Assembly: GCA_963743305.1 (NCBI GenBank)
Contig: CAVUPH010000007.1
Span: forward strand, 96,001 to 160,000
Source of the DNA: an uncultured delta proteobacterium
Lineage (GTDB): Bacteria > Desulfobacterota > RBG-13-43-22
Direction: 5' to 3'
Length of the DNA stretch: 64,000 nucleotides
A program made the translations under genes and the position numbers. Positions 51,695-62,444 of this stretch are shown piece after piece. The stretch's first letter is position 1; each line of letters starts with the position of its first letter. The notes beneath the pieces are model-generated. The model was not told where the DNA came from, ran no database searches, and saw nothing but the letters and a program-made list of their open reading frames with translations.

Positions 51695-53515
51695 TCAAAA
51701 CGCTTCCTCCGGAATATCGAGGGCCGAAGTATCCTCCTGCTGCAGGGCCACCTGCCGGGAGAAGACGTTGGGCAGGATCTGACGGCAGAAGAAGCGGACG
51801 GTCTCGATCTTCCCCCGGTAGAAGATCCCCTGGGCCGATTGGGGATCCACATTTTTAAGCTTCTCCCGGGCCACCAGCCCCTGTTCAAGCAGCTCCCGGG
51901 CCATCACCGCCTCGGCCATGCATTCCAGGAAACGGGTGGCCGATAAGGGGATCAACCCCAGTCGGCCTTCCTGAAAGTACGCCAGGAAGCGGCCGGCATA
52001 ATCGCCCAGCACCCCGCCGGCCTTCAGGAGCAGGGTAAAATCCTTGGCCAAGTCGGGATCTTCCGTGTTGGCCTGGGCAAAACCGGTCAATTTTCCAAGC
52101 CAATCCTGGAACACGGCGCCTCCGGACATCATCAGCTTCCGACCCACCAGATCCAGGGCCTGGATATAGGTCGTACCTTCATAGATCGAGGCGCTTTTCA
52201 CGTCCCGAGCATACTGCTCAACGGGGAATTCCCGGCAGTAGCCCACGCCCCCCATGATCTGGATGGCCTCCCGGCAAAGCAGGTAGGCGAAATCGGAGCA
52301 ATAGGCCTTGACCAGCGGGGTGAGCAAATCCACCGTCTGACCGGCCTCCCGCCGGACAGCTTCCTCCGGGTCGAACCGGGAGACATCCGTCAGGTAATAG
52401 AGCTTCAGGATGAAGGCCCGCATGGCCTCCGTGCCGGCCTTGAGGGTCAGGAGCATACGACGGACGTCCTCGTGTTCGACGATCCGCACTCGGGGACCTG
52501 ATCGATTACTGAAAAGCGGTCCCTGGACCCGTTCTTTGGCGTAGCTCCGGGCGGCATCGTAGGCGGCTGAAGCCACCCCCAGGGCCAGGAGACCGGTCCC
52601 CAGGCGGGCTTCATTCATCATTTGAAACATCTTGGACATGCCGGTTTGAGGTTCGCCCAGAAGGATGCCCCGGCAGCGTCCGTTTTCCCCGAAGCTCAGA
52701 CCGCAGGTGGCGGAGCCGTGCAATCCCATCTTGTGTTCGATGTTGGTACAGAAGACATCGTTGGGTTCTCCCAACGATCCATCCGCATTGACCCAGATCT
52801 TGGGTACGATGAAGAGGCTGATGCCTTTGGTCCCCTGGGGGACGCCCTCGATCCGGGCCAGGACCAGGTGGATGATGTTTTCGGTCAGGTCCTGTTCCCC
52901 GCTGCTGATAAAACGTTTGGTTCCTTCGATTTTATAGATACGGCCCGTTTCGGAAGAAGGGTCCGGCGTGGCCTTGGTTTTGATGTGTCCCACATCACTG
53001 CCGGCATCCGCCTCGGTCAGGCACATGGTCCCGCCCCAGATGCCGTTATACATCTTTTCACAGAAAAGGGCCTTTTCCTCTTCTGTCCCGAAACTCTCGA
53101 TCAGGTGGCCGGCCCCAACCGCCAGTCCGGAATAAATTTTCATGGCCGAGTTGGCGCTGATGAAATACTCGGCCACCTGCCCGAAGATCGTCAAGGGAAG
53201 TCCCTGCCCGCCGAACCGGGGGGAAACGGACAGGCTGAACCAGCCGTTCTCGGACAGGACTTTCCAGCAGTCATGAAAGGAATCCGGGACCTTTACCCGG
53301 CCCTCCTCATAGGTCAATCCCTGTTGATCTCCGTCCTGCAGGGTAGGACCGATGACTTCCCGGGCTACCTTAAAACCTTCGGCCAGGGTCATTTTGAAGT
53401 CGTCCAGGGTAAAGTCTTTGAAGGCCTCGTATCCGAGCAGCCTCTCCAGATTCAACATCTCAAAAAGCACAAATCCCGGGTCACGGTCATCCCGCCGGAA
53501 AAAGTTTACACCCAT
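51695..53515 (-). CDS. Acyl-CoA dehydrogenase
   Basis: GTMCLTE..AGSD, G.K.FIS.G, EHKMGLHGSAT, GG.GY..E, IYEGT. Confidence 0.93.
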   Translation of the reverse strand: MGVNFFRRDDRDPGFVLFEMLNLERLLGYEAFKDFTLDDFKMTLAEGFKVAREVIGPTLQDGDQQGLTYEEGRVKVPDSFHDCWKVLSENGWFSLSVSPRFGGQGLPLTIFGQVAEYFISANSAMKIYSGLAVGAGHLIESFGTEEEKALFCEKMYNGIWGGTMCLTEADAGSDVGHIKTKATPDPSSETGRIYKIEGTKRFISSGEQDLTENIIHLVLARIEGVPQGTKGISLFIVPKIWVNADGSLGEPNDVFCTNIEHKMGLHGSATCGLSFGENGRCRGILLGEPQTGMSKMFQMMNEARLGTGLLALGVASAAYDAARSYAKERVQGPLFSNRSGPRVRIVEHEDVRRMLLTLKAGTEAMRAFILKLYYLTDVSRFDPEEAVRREAGQTVDLLTPLVKAYCSDFAYLLCREAIQIMGGVGYCREFPVEQYARDVKSASIYEGTTYIQALDLVGRKLMMSGGAVFQDWLGKLTGFAQANTEDPDLAKDFTLLLKAGGVLGDYAGRFLAYFQEGRLGLIPLSATRFLECMAEAVMARELLEQGLVAREKLKNVDPQSAQGIFYRGKIETVRFFCRQILPNVFSRQVALQQEDTSALDIPEEAF

Positions 53516-53600
53516 GGGGGTCTCCTTTCTTTTGCTGCTGATCGGTTGGGGAAAAGGCTCTCTCCCCAAGAACCGGATAAATCGGGTTCATCCGAGCCTG

Positions 53601-54783
53601 TTAGCTGAACAGGCCGGACTTTTCAAACTCGGCAATTTCCTCGTCCCCGTATCCTAGGTTTTTCAGGACCTCGATGGTATGGGTCCCGGCCGGAACGCCG
53701 ATATGGTTCGTATTCGGGAGCGGTTCCCGAGTATTTGATCGGGTGGGCCAATTGCTTGACTGAACCTCCTCCGGGAAGCGGCAACTCAACCACCATTTCC
53801 CTTTCCCGGGCCTGGGGATCGGAGAGGGCTTCGGCCAGGGTCAGGACCGGCTCCACGCAGGCGTCATAGTTCTTGAAAATCTCCCCCCACTCCCCGCGCG
53901 TCTTGGTTTTAATGATTTCCCGGATCTCACTTTTTATTTTGGGAAGGTCGGTGGTCACGACCGTTCCCGGTATCAGATCCGGACGGTCGATGGCCCGGCA
54001 AAAGGCGGCAAAAAATTGGGGTTCCAACCCGCCAAAGCTGAGGTGGCTGCCGTCGCTGGTTTCATAGAAATCGTATAAGGACCCGCCGTTCAATAGGTGT
54101 CCCTCCCGTTCCGGTTCTTGGCCGTCGGCCAGAAAAGCCGCCCCGACCATGGCGTTAAAGGCCATGACCCCGTCGGTCATGGCCACGTCGATGTACTGGC
54201 CTTCACCGGTCTGCTGCCGGTGAACCACAGCGGCCAAAATGCCGATCACGGAATTATTGGAACCGGAGGCGATGTCGGCGATCTGCATGCCCGTCAGGAC
54301 CGGACCGGTTTCTTTCCTGCCGGAATAGGCCATCAGCCCGGACCGGGCCAGGTAGTTGATGTCATGGCCGGCGCGGTCGGCCATGGGCCCGGTCTGCCCA
54401 TAGCCGGTCAGGGAACAGTAGATGAGGCGGGGTTGGCGCTCCTTTAAGGTTACATAATCCAGACCAAATTTGGCCATTACCCCGGGGCGGAACTGTTCGA
54501 TGAGGATGTCGTACTCATCGAGAAGCTGGTAAACAATTTTGACGGCCCGGAGATCTTTGAGGTTTAAAGTCAGAGACTTTTTCCCCCGGCCCAGATAAGC
54601 CAGAATGGCGGAGATGTTCTCTTTCCCGATAAAAGGCGGCAGCATGGTGGTCAGGTCGATGCGCGTTCCCGAGACTACCCTCAGCACCTCAGCGCCCATA
54701 TCGGCCAGCATCATCGTGGCGTAAGGGCCCGGCAACAGGGTGGTGAAATCCAGTACTTTTAAACCTTGTAAAGGTCCGGCCAT
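53601..54783 (-). CDS. CaiB/BaiF family III CoA-transferase (frameshift near 53710)
   Basis: PGPYA..LADMGAEV, FRPGVM, GYGQTGP...AGHDINY. Confidence 0.92.
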
Positions 54784-54949
54784 GAAATCGCTCCTTTAAG
54801 CCCGTTGTTTGGCCTTATTTATAATCTTTTTGGAAGCATAAAAAGCAACCTTCTTAATCCCCGGCCCCGTTCCTGTCCCCGGCGCAGGACCTGTGCAGGG
54901 CTGGCATGGGGGTTTAGTACGAAAATGGCTTCTTTGATCTGCAACATGG

Positions 54950-55112
54950 CCAATAATCAACAATCAATTAATAATTACCCATTGATTATTGATTATTCAT
55001 GTCTTTCGTTTTTTGTCATTCTGAAGGAGTCACGCCTAGGCGTGACGACTGAAGAATCCCCCGGGGAGGCCCTGAGCTGAAAGACGAGATCCTTCGCTTC
55101 TCTCAGGATGAC
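54950..55112. repeat. Heptamer-repeat hairpin plus REP pair
   Basis: AATAATCAA..TTGATTATT; GTCATTCTGAAGGAG...GAAGAATC and GATCCTTCGCTTCTCTCAGGATGAC. Confidence 0.65.
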
Positions 55113-55485
55113 CAGTCTGGAGATCTTAAACCTGGATTTTCAGGCTTCGTGGGTGCTCGTTCCGTACCTGAGGGGATAATGTCCAAATAAAGATCCAGCC
55201 GGGCGGTAGATAGTATGACCATTATCCTAAAAAATAGGGTAAAATAATAGGCGGTTGTCCGCCCATTGGGGTGGGTGGCCGCAGCCTAGGGTTGATTATC
55301 CTGGAATTGGGCCTCCGTGGCCTTCGGGTCTCGGCGAAAGGTTCTCTTCCTCCGGCGGGACTTTTTCGGCTCTAACCCGGGCCCCGTGTTTTCAAATCAT
55401 CTCGGAGGCAGGGCCGGCCAAACAGGCATTAAAAGTCTCTGAGTGCGGAGAGTCGTTTTTTGACGATTGACGAGGTTAGCTGAGG

Positions 55486-56232
55486 ATGAAAACCGTTTTT
55501 TCCATGTGGAAAAATACCCGCATGATTATCCTGACGGCGGTCTGCGCCGCCATATACGGCGCGGCCCTGATCGCCTTCAAAACGGCCATTCCCTTGATCC
55601 CGGGGATCACCGAGGTCCGGGTGGGAAATATTCTTCCCGTGCCCTTCGGCCTGCTTTTCGGTCCGGCCGGGGCCTGGGGTGCAGCCTTCGGGAATCTGAT
55701 CGGAGATCTGCTGGGAGGGACCCTGAGTCCGGGTTCGGCCGGGGGCTTCGTGGGCAACTTTCTTTTGGCCTATCTCCCCTATACTCTCTGGACCCAGTGG
55801 GTCCCTTTCCACCAGAAAACCCGGGAATGGAAACCCGGAGGAATTGGACCCTGGGTAACGTATTTTCTGGTATCGTTTATCTCCGCAGGGGCCTGCGCGA
55901 TAATCGTCGGGACCGTAGTGGATGCCTTGGGAATCGTTCCTTATCTTGTGCTGACCAAGATCATCACCATCAATAATACCGTGGCTGGCGGGATCGGGGT
56001 TGTTCTGCTGACAACGGTTTTCGGTTTCATTAAAGATGGCCTTCATCTTTTTTGGCCCGAGGTGTTGGACGAAGAGGAAATCGGCCGGCCGATCGCCGGC
56101 CCCTTGGGGGCCTGGGTGGTTTGTCTGGCCACCTTGTTTGGACTTTTCGGCGGCTACTTCAGCACGTTCGGTCCGGGCGCCATCGGCGGGCTGGCTTCAC
56201 TGGCTATTATCCTGGGATGTCTGCTCCTCTAA
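55486..56232 (+). CDS. ECF transporter S component (QueT-like)
   Basis: A.CAAIY, PG.TEVR.GN..P..FGLLFGPAGAWG.AFGNLIGD. Confidence 0.8.
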   Translation: MKTVFSMWKNTRMIILTAVCAAIYGAALIAFKTAIPLIPGITEVRVGNILPVPFGLLFGPAGAWGAAFGNLIGDLLGGTLSPGSAGGFVGNFLLAYLPYTLWTQWVPFHQKTREWKPGGIGPWVTYFLVSFISAGACAIIVGTVVDALGIVPYLVLTKIITINNTVAGGIGVVLLTTVFGFIKDGLHLFWPEVLDEEEIGRPIAGPLGAWVVCLATLFGLFGGYFSTFGPGAIGGLASLAIILGCLLL

Positions 56233-57917
56233 AGCGGAACCCCCCCGTGCCCCCGGCCATTACCCTTGAAGGCCTGTCCTTCACCTATCCAAAACAGGAT
56301 CAACCGGCCCTGCGAAAGATCAGCGGCTCCATGGACCAGGGGTGTTGGACCGTCCTGATGGGCAGGGAAGGGGCCGGCAAATCAACCCTCTGTTTTGCCT
56401 TAAATGGGTTGGTTCCTCATTTTTTTCGAGGAAGGTATCAGGGCCGGGTCATGGTCGGAGGCCGGGACCCGGCCCGGAGCAAAGTTTCGGAAATGGCCCG
56501 CCGAGTCGGTTTGGTTCTCCAGGATTTTGAGACCCAGCTTTTTTCGACCTCCGTGGAATTGGAAATGGTCTTTGGACTGGAAAACATAGGACTCCCTCAA
56601 GGGGAGATGGACGCCCGGATCCAAAAATATTTGAAGTGGGTCGGCTTGGAAAAGATGCGGCAGCGGGAACCGGCCAGCCTTTCCGGGGGGGAAAAACAAA
56701 GGCTGGCCATCGGCGCGGTCCTGGCCATGGAACCTGATTTTTTGGTTTTGGATGAACCAACTACCGATTTGGACCCTGCCGGCCGGCAGGACGTCTATGG
56801 AATTATTAATCATTGGCGAAATCTGGGCAAGACGCTGGTTTTGGTGGAACAGGACCCGGATGTGGTTTTGGAGGCCGATCGACTCTGGGTCATCCAAGAA
56901 GGGGAACTGAAGACCAGCGGGATTCCCGAGGACCTCTTCAGGAAAGGATCTTTTTCGGAGCAGGGGCTGCAACGTCCGGCTCTGATGGAGTTGTTCCGTC
57001 TGTTGGGTTGGTCGGAAGGGCCGCTGACCGTCGATGAGGCCGAGTCCCTGGTTCGGAAGAAAAGTCCTTTATCGACCGAAAAAAATTATGGGCCTAGGGA
57101 AGGTCGAATGAATACGGGTAAGGCCCTGATACAGGTTGATCGGGTCGAATACCGTTATCCCCGGGGGGGAGCCAAGGCCCTTAATCAAGTCACCCTGGAG
57201 ATCCGGGAAGGGGAATTCATCGCCCTTCTGGGGCCTAATGGCTCTGGAAAGTCTACTCTGGCCAGGCTGTTGAATGGTCTGCTGAAGCCCTCGGCCGGCC
57301 GAGTCCTGGTGAAAGGCCGGCCGACCACAAGTTTCAGTCCTCCGGATATGGCCAAAGAGGTGGGCTATGTTTTTCAAAATCCCGATCACCAGCTTTTTGC
57401 CCGAACCGTTGCGGAAGAGGTGGGCTTTGGCCCCCGGGTGCTGGGCCTGGAGAGCCAAGCCCTTCAGCAGCGGGTCCAAGAAGCACTTGAGGCCGTCGGT
57501 TTGGAAGGATATGACCAAAGAGAGCCTTTTGCCCTGACCAAAGGAGAACGACAGCGCCTGGCCGTGGCCTCCATGCTGGCAGCCCGCCCCTGGCTTTTGA
57601 TTTTGGACGAGCCCACCACCGGACTGGACAACGGGCATCAGCGGGGAATGCTGGAGATGTTAAATCGGCTTAACCATCAGGGCCACACCATCCTGATTGT
57701 TACCCATCATCTCTGGGTGGCCGCAGAATATTGCCGGCGTTGTGTGGTGCTGAGAGAGGGGCAGGTCTGGGTGGAAGGAGCCACGCGATCCGTTTTCCAG
57801 CAGGAGACGCTCCTGAAGGAAGCCTCCCTGGTTCTTCCTCCGATCATGCGGCTATCCAATCGGCTGAATTATCAGGGACTGACTGCTGCGGCCCTGGCCC
57901 GGGAAATAAGGCCGTGA
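56217..57917 (+). CDS. ECF transporter double ATPase (A-A)
   Basis: Two Walker A motifs (GAGKST, GSGKST), LSGGEKQR, LDEPT twice. Confidence 0.9.
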   Translation: MSAPLKRNPPVPPAITLEGLSFTYPKQDQPALRKISGSMDQGCWTVLMGREGAGKSTLCFALNGLVPHFFRGRYQGRVMVGGRDPARSKVSEMARRVGLVLQDFETQLFSTSVELEMVFGLENIGLPQGEMDARIQKYLKWVGLEKMRQREPASLSGGEKQRLAIGAVLAMEPDFLVLDEPTTDLDPAGRQDVYGIINHWRNLGKTLVLVEQDPDVVLEADRLWVIQEGELKTSGIPEDLFRKGSFSEQGLQRPALMELFRLLGWSEGPLTVDEAESLVRKKSPLSTEKNYGPREGRMNTGKALIQVDRVEYRYPRGGAKALNQVTLEIREGEFIALLGPNGSGKSTLARLLNGLLKPSAGRVLVKGRPTTSFSPPDMAKEVGYVFQNPDHQLFARTVAEEVGFGPRVLGLESQALQQRVQEALEAVGLEGYDQREPFALTKGERQRLAVASMLAARPWLLILDEPTTGLDNGHQRGMLEMLNRLNHQGHTILIVTHHLWVAAEYCRRCVVLREGQVWVEGATRSVFQQETLLKEASLVLPPIMRLSNRLNYQGLTAAALAREIRP

Positions 57918-58708
57918 ATTTTTTTCTTTACTCCGAGCGAGAGACCCTGATCCATCGCCTCGATCCCCGGACCAAACTGGCCTCCCTGGCGTCCCTCTTT
58001 GCCTTAGCCTTGCTCTTCAATCATCCCCTCTATTCGGCTGGAGTAAGCCTGGTGGTAGCGACGGGATTCGTCGCGGCAAAGACCTGGGAGGGGTTGTGGC
58101 GGTTCCGTTGGCTGCTAGGACTTTTGTTTATTTTCAGCAGTATCCTTTGGCCGTTAACTTTGAAGGATTTTCCGGTCTGGTGGTCGGCAGGGCCGTTTCA
58201 GATCAGCAGGGAGGCAGTGGGGTATGGCTTGGCCATGGGAATTCGCCTGGTCACCTTTGTCAGTAGCGGCATTCTTTTTCTCTCGGTTACGCGAAACGAA
58301 GAAATCACCCAGGGTCTGATAAGGATAAAAGTCCCCTATCCGGCAGCTTTTGCGCTTTCTACCGCCCTGCGTTTACTGCCTACCTTTGTGGGGGCCGGGG
58401 CCACTATCATCGAGGCGCAGCGCTCTCGAGGATTGGACCTGGATAAAGGAAATATTTTTCGGCGGGTCGGGTACTTTATCCCCCAGGCCGTTCCCCTCTT
58501 GATTTACGCCCTTCGCTACACTAATTTTCTGGCCATGGCCTTGGAGTCCCGGGGGTTCGATCCCGGTTATCCGCGGACCTGGTATCGGGAATTGAAATTG
58601 GGACCCCACGATTACGGGGTGTTGGCTGGGGGGTTAATCCTTATGGGGTTGGCGGTTTTTATCCGGCTCGGACTGGCTATGGGGGCTGTCATCCCCCAGC
58701 GTCTCTAA
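57914..58708 (+). CDS. ECF transporter T component (CbiQ/EcfT)
   Basis: HRLDPRTK, AQRSRG, ALESRGF. Confidence 0.9.
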   Translation: MNFFLYSERETLIHRLDPRTKLASLASLFALALLFNHPLYSAGVSLVVATGFVAAKTWEGLWRFRWLLGLLFIFSSILWPLTLKDFPVWWSAGPFQISREAVGYGLAMGIRLVTFVSSGILFLSVTRNEEITQGLIRIKVPYPAAFALSTALRLLPTFVGAGATIIEAQRSRGLDLDKGNIFRRVGYFIPQAVPLLIYALRYTNFLAMALESRGFDPGYPRTWYRELKLGPHDYGVLAGGLILMGLAVFIRLGLAMGAVIPQRL

Positions 58709-59089
58709 GGCCCCCTCGAATAGAGGCTGAAAAACCTCACAGTTCCGGCAAATCATTATTTTGTCCTTCCAGCTTTTTTGGGCGGATCCGCGGCAGAAAG
58801 TTCCGCTGATGAACCAGCAAAGGTGTCCACAGCGAAACTCCCAGGCGGGGCAGCGAAGTTTTTGATTCGGGGGGCAATTTCTGATCAGCCAGCAGACTAC
58901 GGGCCGGTGCTGGATATTTCTACTCCGGGAAAAAAGAAAAAAAACCTGCCGTTCAACGCCGCTCGGTATTTTTCGCCAGCCCTGTTCGTAGCTGTGTACC
59001 GCTTTGACGGAGAGGCCGAGTAGTCGGGCCATATCCCTCTGCGACTTCCCGATTTTTTTTCGAAACCCTGAGAACTCCCTGGAGGTCAT
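58634..59089 (-). CDS. XRE HTH regulator with a Cys-rich CW-repeat domain
   Basis: SQRDMARLLG.S.KAVHSYEQGWR; CW...C......CPAW....CW..SGTFC.G...C..CEVF. Confidence 0.75.
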   Translation of the reverse strand: MTSREFSGFRKKIGKSQRDMARLLGLSVKAVHSYEQGWRKIPSGVERQVFFLFSRSRNIQHRPVVCWLIRNCPPNQKLRCPAWEFRCGHLCWFISGTFCRGSAQKSWKDKIMICRNCEVFQPLFEGALETLGDDSPHSQSEPDKNRQPHKD

Positions 59090-59332
59090 AATTTTTGACG
59101 TTTCATCCTTTTGGGGAGGTACCTCCGCCTATTTGATAGGGCTGCAAGGTCTCGGAGGCCTGATTTTAGGTCAACCTGCCGATTTTGTGGACACCCGTCC
59201 AAGAGGTCGAACAAACAATGATTCTTAAAGGAATAAAAAGACGAAAAAAATCTTGTTTTCTGTGCTACCCTGTAGTATATGCCACTAAGTGGTAGCTTGA
59301 CAACAAAATAGTATCAGGGACGGGTAAAAGGT

Positions 59333-60670
59333 TTAACTTTTATTCGGAAGGCGGGTCTGAAGGATGGTATTCGAAAAAGGGCGCGCCAAAAAGGCGATCG
59401 ACCCCAATCGCCCCACGACCAAGGCCAAAGCGGCGGCAACCACACCGATCAGCGTCCAATAATGGATACCCAGGGTCAGGACGATGACCATGAGCAGAAT
59501 GTCCAATCCGGTAGCCCAGGTAAGAATTGCGGTGCGGCGGGCGTTAACCAGCACGGATCGTTGGAAAGTCAGCGCCATCCAGAGAGCCGGGAGGGGAGCC
59601 AGAATTTGAAGGGGTATTCGAACAAAGGAGGCCAATTCCGGGGATAACCCGGATACCCGTTGAAACCATAACAAGGAAAGAGGGGAAAAACCAAAAAGCG
59701 CAAAAAGTCCGACCGTCAGGAACAGCAGTCCCAAGGCGAAGCGGAGCAGTTTTCGATAATTTTCCAGGTGGTCTCCCAGAAGGGCGATGGTAACTTCCTG
59801 GAAGGACAAACCGAAACTCATGAAAATAAGCAGTAGGGCTTGAAGCACCGGCCAGACGGCTAAGGATTCGATGGCCATCCGTCCTTGAGCCAGGAAATAG
59901 GAGATAACCGGGTTAATTCCCAGGGCCAGCATGGAGGTCAAGGCCAGGGGGAAATAAAAGGCGCTGATGGCCCGGTAGGTCAAGACTCGAGGAGACGAGA
60001 AGGAATCCTGATATCCTGAACGCAGGCAGCGGATGATTCTTCTGGCCATCAATCGGCTGGCCAGGGATTCAATCACCACCCCGGTAGTCAGGGCCCAAGC
60101 GCCCACACAGGCACCCGGCCAGGGGGAGAAAAGGAAGAGCAGTATCCCGGTTAGCGCCATGGCGGTCAGCCTGATTGCAGTCCCGGCGGCCACCAGCCAG
60201 GTGCTTCCGTGCTGGATGAGGATCCCGTGGTAAAAACGGCGATAACCGATGGCCCAGGGGACGGCAATCAGAATGAGGGAAGCCTGATGGGTCAGTTGGG
60301 CAACCCGGTCTGGAAGGCCGATGAGTTTCAGGGTGACGAAATAAAAAAGGGGCGGCCAAAGGCCCAGACCCATTACCCCGGTTACCACGGTGATCAAGCC
60401 CAGGGAAAAGTGGCGCATTTTGATATAGTCCTGCCAATTCCGGACCAGGGAGTTGGAGGCGCTGACCAACATGAGCACCGGGGCCTCAATGAACAGCGTT
60501 ATCGCGAAGGCGACTCCAAAGGCCGCCAAATTGAACTTGGCTTCGGCTAAACGGGCGATGACGGCACTTAAGAAGGATCCCTCAAAGGCCATCATCAACC
60601 AGGTTACTTCCAGGGGTAACCAAAACAGGAAGATATTCTTATAGCGCTGGAGTTCCTGACGGTTTTTCAT
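59333..60670 (-). CDS. MATE/ANKH-like (MOP superfamily) membrane protein
   Basis: About 12 TM segments in two repeats beginning F..PL..T. Confidence 0.7.
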   Translation of the reverse strand: MKNRQELQRYKNIFLFWLPLEVTWLMMAFEGSFLSAVIARLAEAKFNLAAFGVAFAITLFIEAPVLMLVSASNSLVRNWQDYIKMRHFSLGLITVVTGVMGLGLWPPLFYFVTLKLIGLPDRVAQLTHQASLILIAVPWAIGYRRFYHGILIQHGSTWLVAAGTAIRLTAMALTGILLFLFSPWPGACVGAWALTTGVVIESLASRLMARRIIRCLRSGYQDSFSSPRVLTYRAISAFYFPLALTSMLALGINPVISYFLAQGRMAIESLAVWPVLQALLLIFMSFGLSFQEVTIALLGDHLENYRKLLRFALGLLFLTVGLFALFGFSPLSLLWFQRVSGLSPELASFVRIPLQILAPLPALWMALTFQRSVLVNARRTAILTWATGLDILLMVIVLTLGIHYWTLIGVVAAALALVVGRLGSIAFLARPFSNTILQTRLPNKS

Positions 60671-60869
60671 CTTGGGAGGATGGTTAGCATTTCAGGCCGG
60701 GGGAATCAAGTAAATTGAAACGGCGGGGGAGGGCAGAAGGAAATAAAGCCTGGTACTAAAAAATACAGCTAAGTTTCTCAATAAATACAGCATTTACCCC
60801 ATTTTCTTTCAAGAAAAAGAGGTTATACTTTTCTAAAATTCGATTAAGAACCTTAAAGTGGAGAATGTT

Positions 60870-61208
60870 ATGTTTTGTAAAAGACTGCAGGCGACCATGA
60901 CGGTCAATGCCTGTCAAAAAAGGCAGAAGAAGGCCCTTACCTATTTGGAGTTGGAGGCCTGTCGGGAATGTCCCCAGAAGGGCTTGGTGAACGCGGGCTT
61001 GGAATCGGACCAGGATATTCTTAATATGATAAAGGAAATAGGTCTCCAATCTCCCCTGGGATTACAACTGCCCGGAGGAATCCAGCCCATGATGCCTGTC
61101 GCTGAGGATAGAAATGCAATGAACCCGGCCAAGATGGAGAAAACCGAGCAAAAAGGCTTTTATCGGCGAAGGATGAGAATGTCGCATTCCCTGGACCATT
61201 CCGTATAA
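60870..61208 (+). CDS. Hypothetical protein with Cys motif
   Basis: RBS GGAG; C...C...CRECP. Confidence 0.5.
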   Translation: MFCKRLQATMTVNACQKRQKKALTYLELEACRECPQKGLVNAGLESDQDILNMIKEIGLQSPLGLQLPGGIQPMMPVAEDRNAMNPAKMEKTEQKGFYRRRMRMSHSLDHSV

Positions 61209-61228
61209 CGCGTTCTTCCCTCCCCAAC

Positions 61229-61270
61229 GGGCGGGTGATCGGGATTCGTAAAGATTCCCATCATCCGCCC
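61229..61270. terminator. Stem-loop between convergent genes
   Basis: GGGCGGGTGAT...ATCATCCGCCC. Confidence 0.45.
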
Positions 61271-61328
61271 CCTCCTAAGGCTAATCAAAAATATTTGATT
61301 TATTGCTTCAAAAAGGCCCAGAACCTAA

Positions 61329-61853
61329 TTAGTTACCGTTTTCCAACCCTAAAGTAAAACGCCAGCGGCAGTAGCAATCAGCGGGATGAGGATCCGGTGG
61401 GGCGAACAGACATTCCACCCCGATGGCCGGGTCGACGGCCTGGGCGAAACTCTGAAACTCTCCCAGGTGCATGAATTTGCAGACGAATTCGTTTAAACCC
61501 CGGCGTAAGCGAGCCTCCTGGGTAGGGCATTTGGGGACCGTAATGAATACCTCATTTTCGTTTTCTTCAATTTGATAACCTACTAAGGGGGTCCAGGGAA
61601 AGAAGCGCAAGGCCCGGACAAATCCTTTTAACCCTTTTTCTTCGATATGGAAACGCCGGATCAAATCCTTGGCCGCCATTGAAGGGACGCGGGACCAGAC
61701 CCGTTCATTTATTCGTTCGGCGGTGGGCTGATCAAATGCTTCGGCCACATAGAGGAACCAGAAGGCATCCACCACCCGGTAATGCCAGAGCAGAAATTCC
61801 AGATAACTGCGCAATTGCGGCGCCTCTAAGGTCTCGAAGATGCTTAAATCCAT
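61329..61853 (-). CDS. DUF6125-like (V4R-related) protein
   Basis: [38 protein letters not shown]. Confidence 0.75.
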   Translation of the reverse strand: MDLSIFETLEAPQLRSYLEFLLWHYRVVDAFWFLYVAEAFDQPTAERINERVWSRVPSMAAKDLIRRFHIEEKGLKGFVRALRFFPWTPLVGYQIEENENEVFITVPKCPTQEARLRRGLNEFVCKFMHLGEFQSFAQAVDPAIGVECLFAPPDPHPADCYCRWRFTLGLENGN

Positions 61854-62019
61854 ATTTTTCCCTCCGGGTCAGGGTGTAATCCTTGTTCTGTTGACGGACT
61901 TCTTCCGAATCCGTCAATCTTAACGCAACGCACTAAAATTTCAAACTGTTTAATAGGATTAAAGGTTAGAGTCAAAAAAACCGATTGAAAAGGTATTCTT
62001 AAATCTTCTTGGGGGACTT

Positions 62020-62409
62020 ATGCTCAATCGCCATCAGAACCGCCTATGCGCCGAATTTCCAGAGATTTTTCAAAATTATTTGGACCAAGCCAGCCGAATC
62101 GTTATCTTGCTGCTGGATCAGGAAAAGAACATTTTAGACTGCAACAAGGGTTTTTTGCGCGAATTCGGACTGGAAGAGAAGCCCTTAGGCGAGAATGTCA
62201 GAGATTTTACGGCACCCGGAGATTGGGAAAAACTGAAATTTCCAGAATTTATCCCTTTAAAACCACCGCTTCGGGGTGCCGCGCACGGTTTGGTTGATTA
62301 TCAGGAATCAAGCCTTGATTTTCTTGATCGGATGTCAAAGAAGCACTTTCTTCATTGTTGTGTTTTCAACCTCGGGACGCAATACCTTGTTTTCGGGGAA
62401 AAAAACTAA
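62020..62409 (+). CDS. Stand-alone PAS-domain protein
   Basis: ILLLDQEKNILDCNKGF. Confidence 0.6.
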   Translation: MLNRHQNRLCAEFPEIFQNYLDQASRIVILLLDQEKNILDCNKGFLREFGLEEKPLGENVRDFTAPGDWEKLKFPEFIPLKPPLRGAAHGLVDYQESSLDFLDRMSKKHFLHCCVFNLGTQYLVFGEKN

Positions 62410-62444
62410 TATCCGCCGTATTTCCTCCTAGAGGAAGGTGACTG

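Noticed and set aside
55250-55480. preQ1 riboswitch upstream of the QueT-like gene
   Set aside because: No preQ1 consensus recognised; kept only as an uncharacterised leader.
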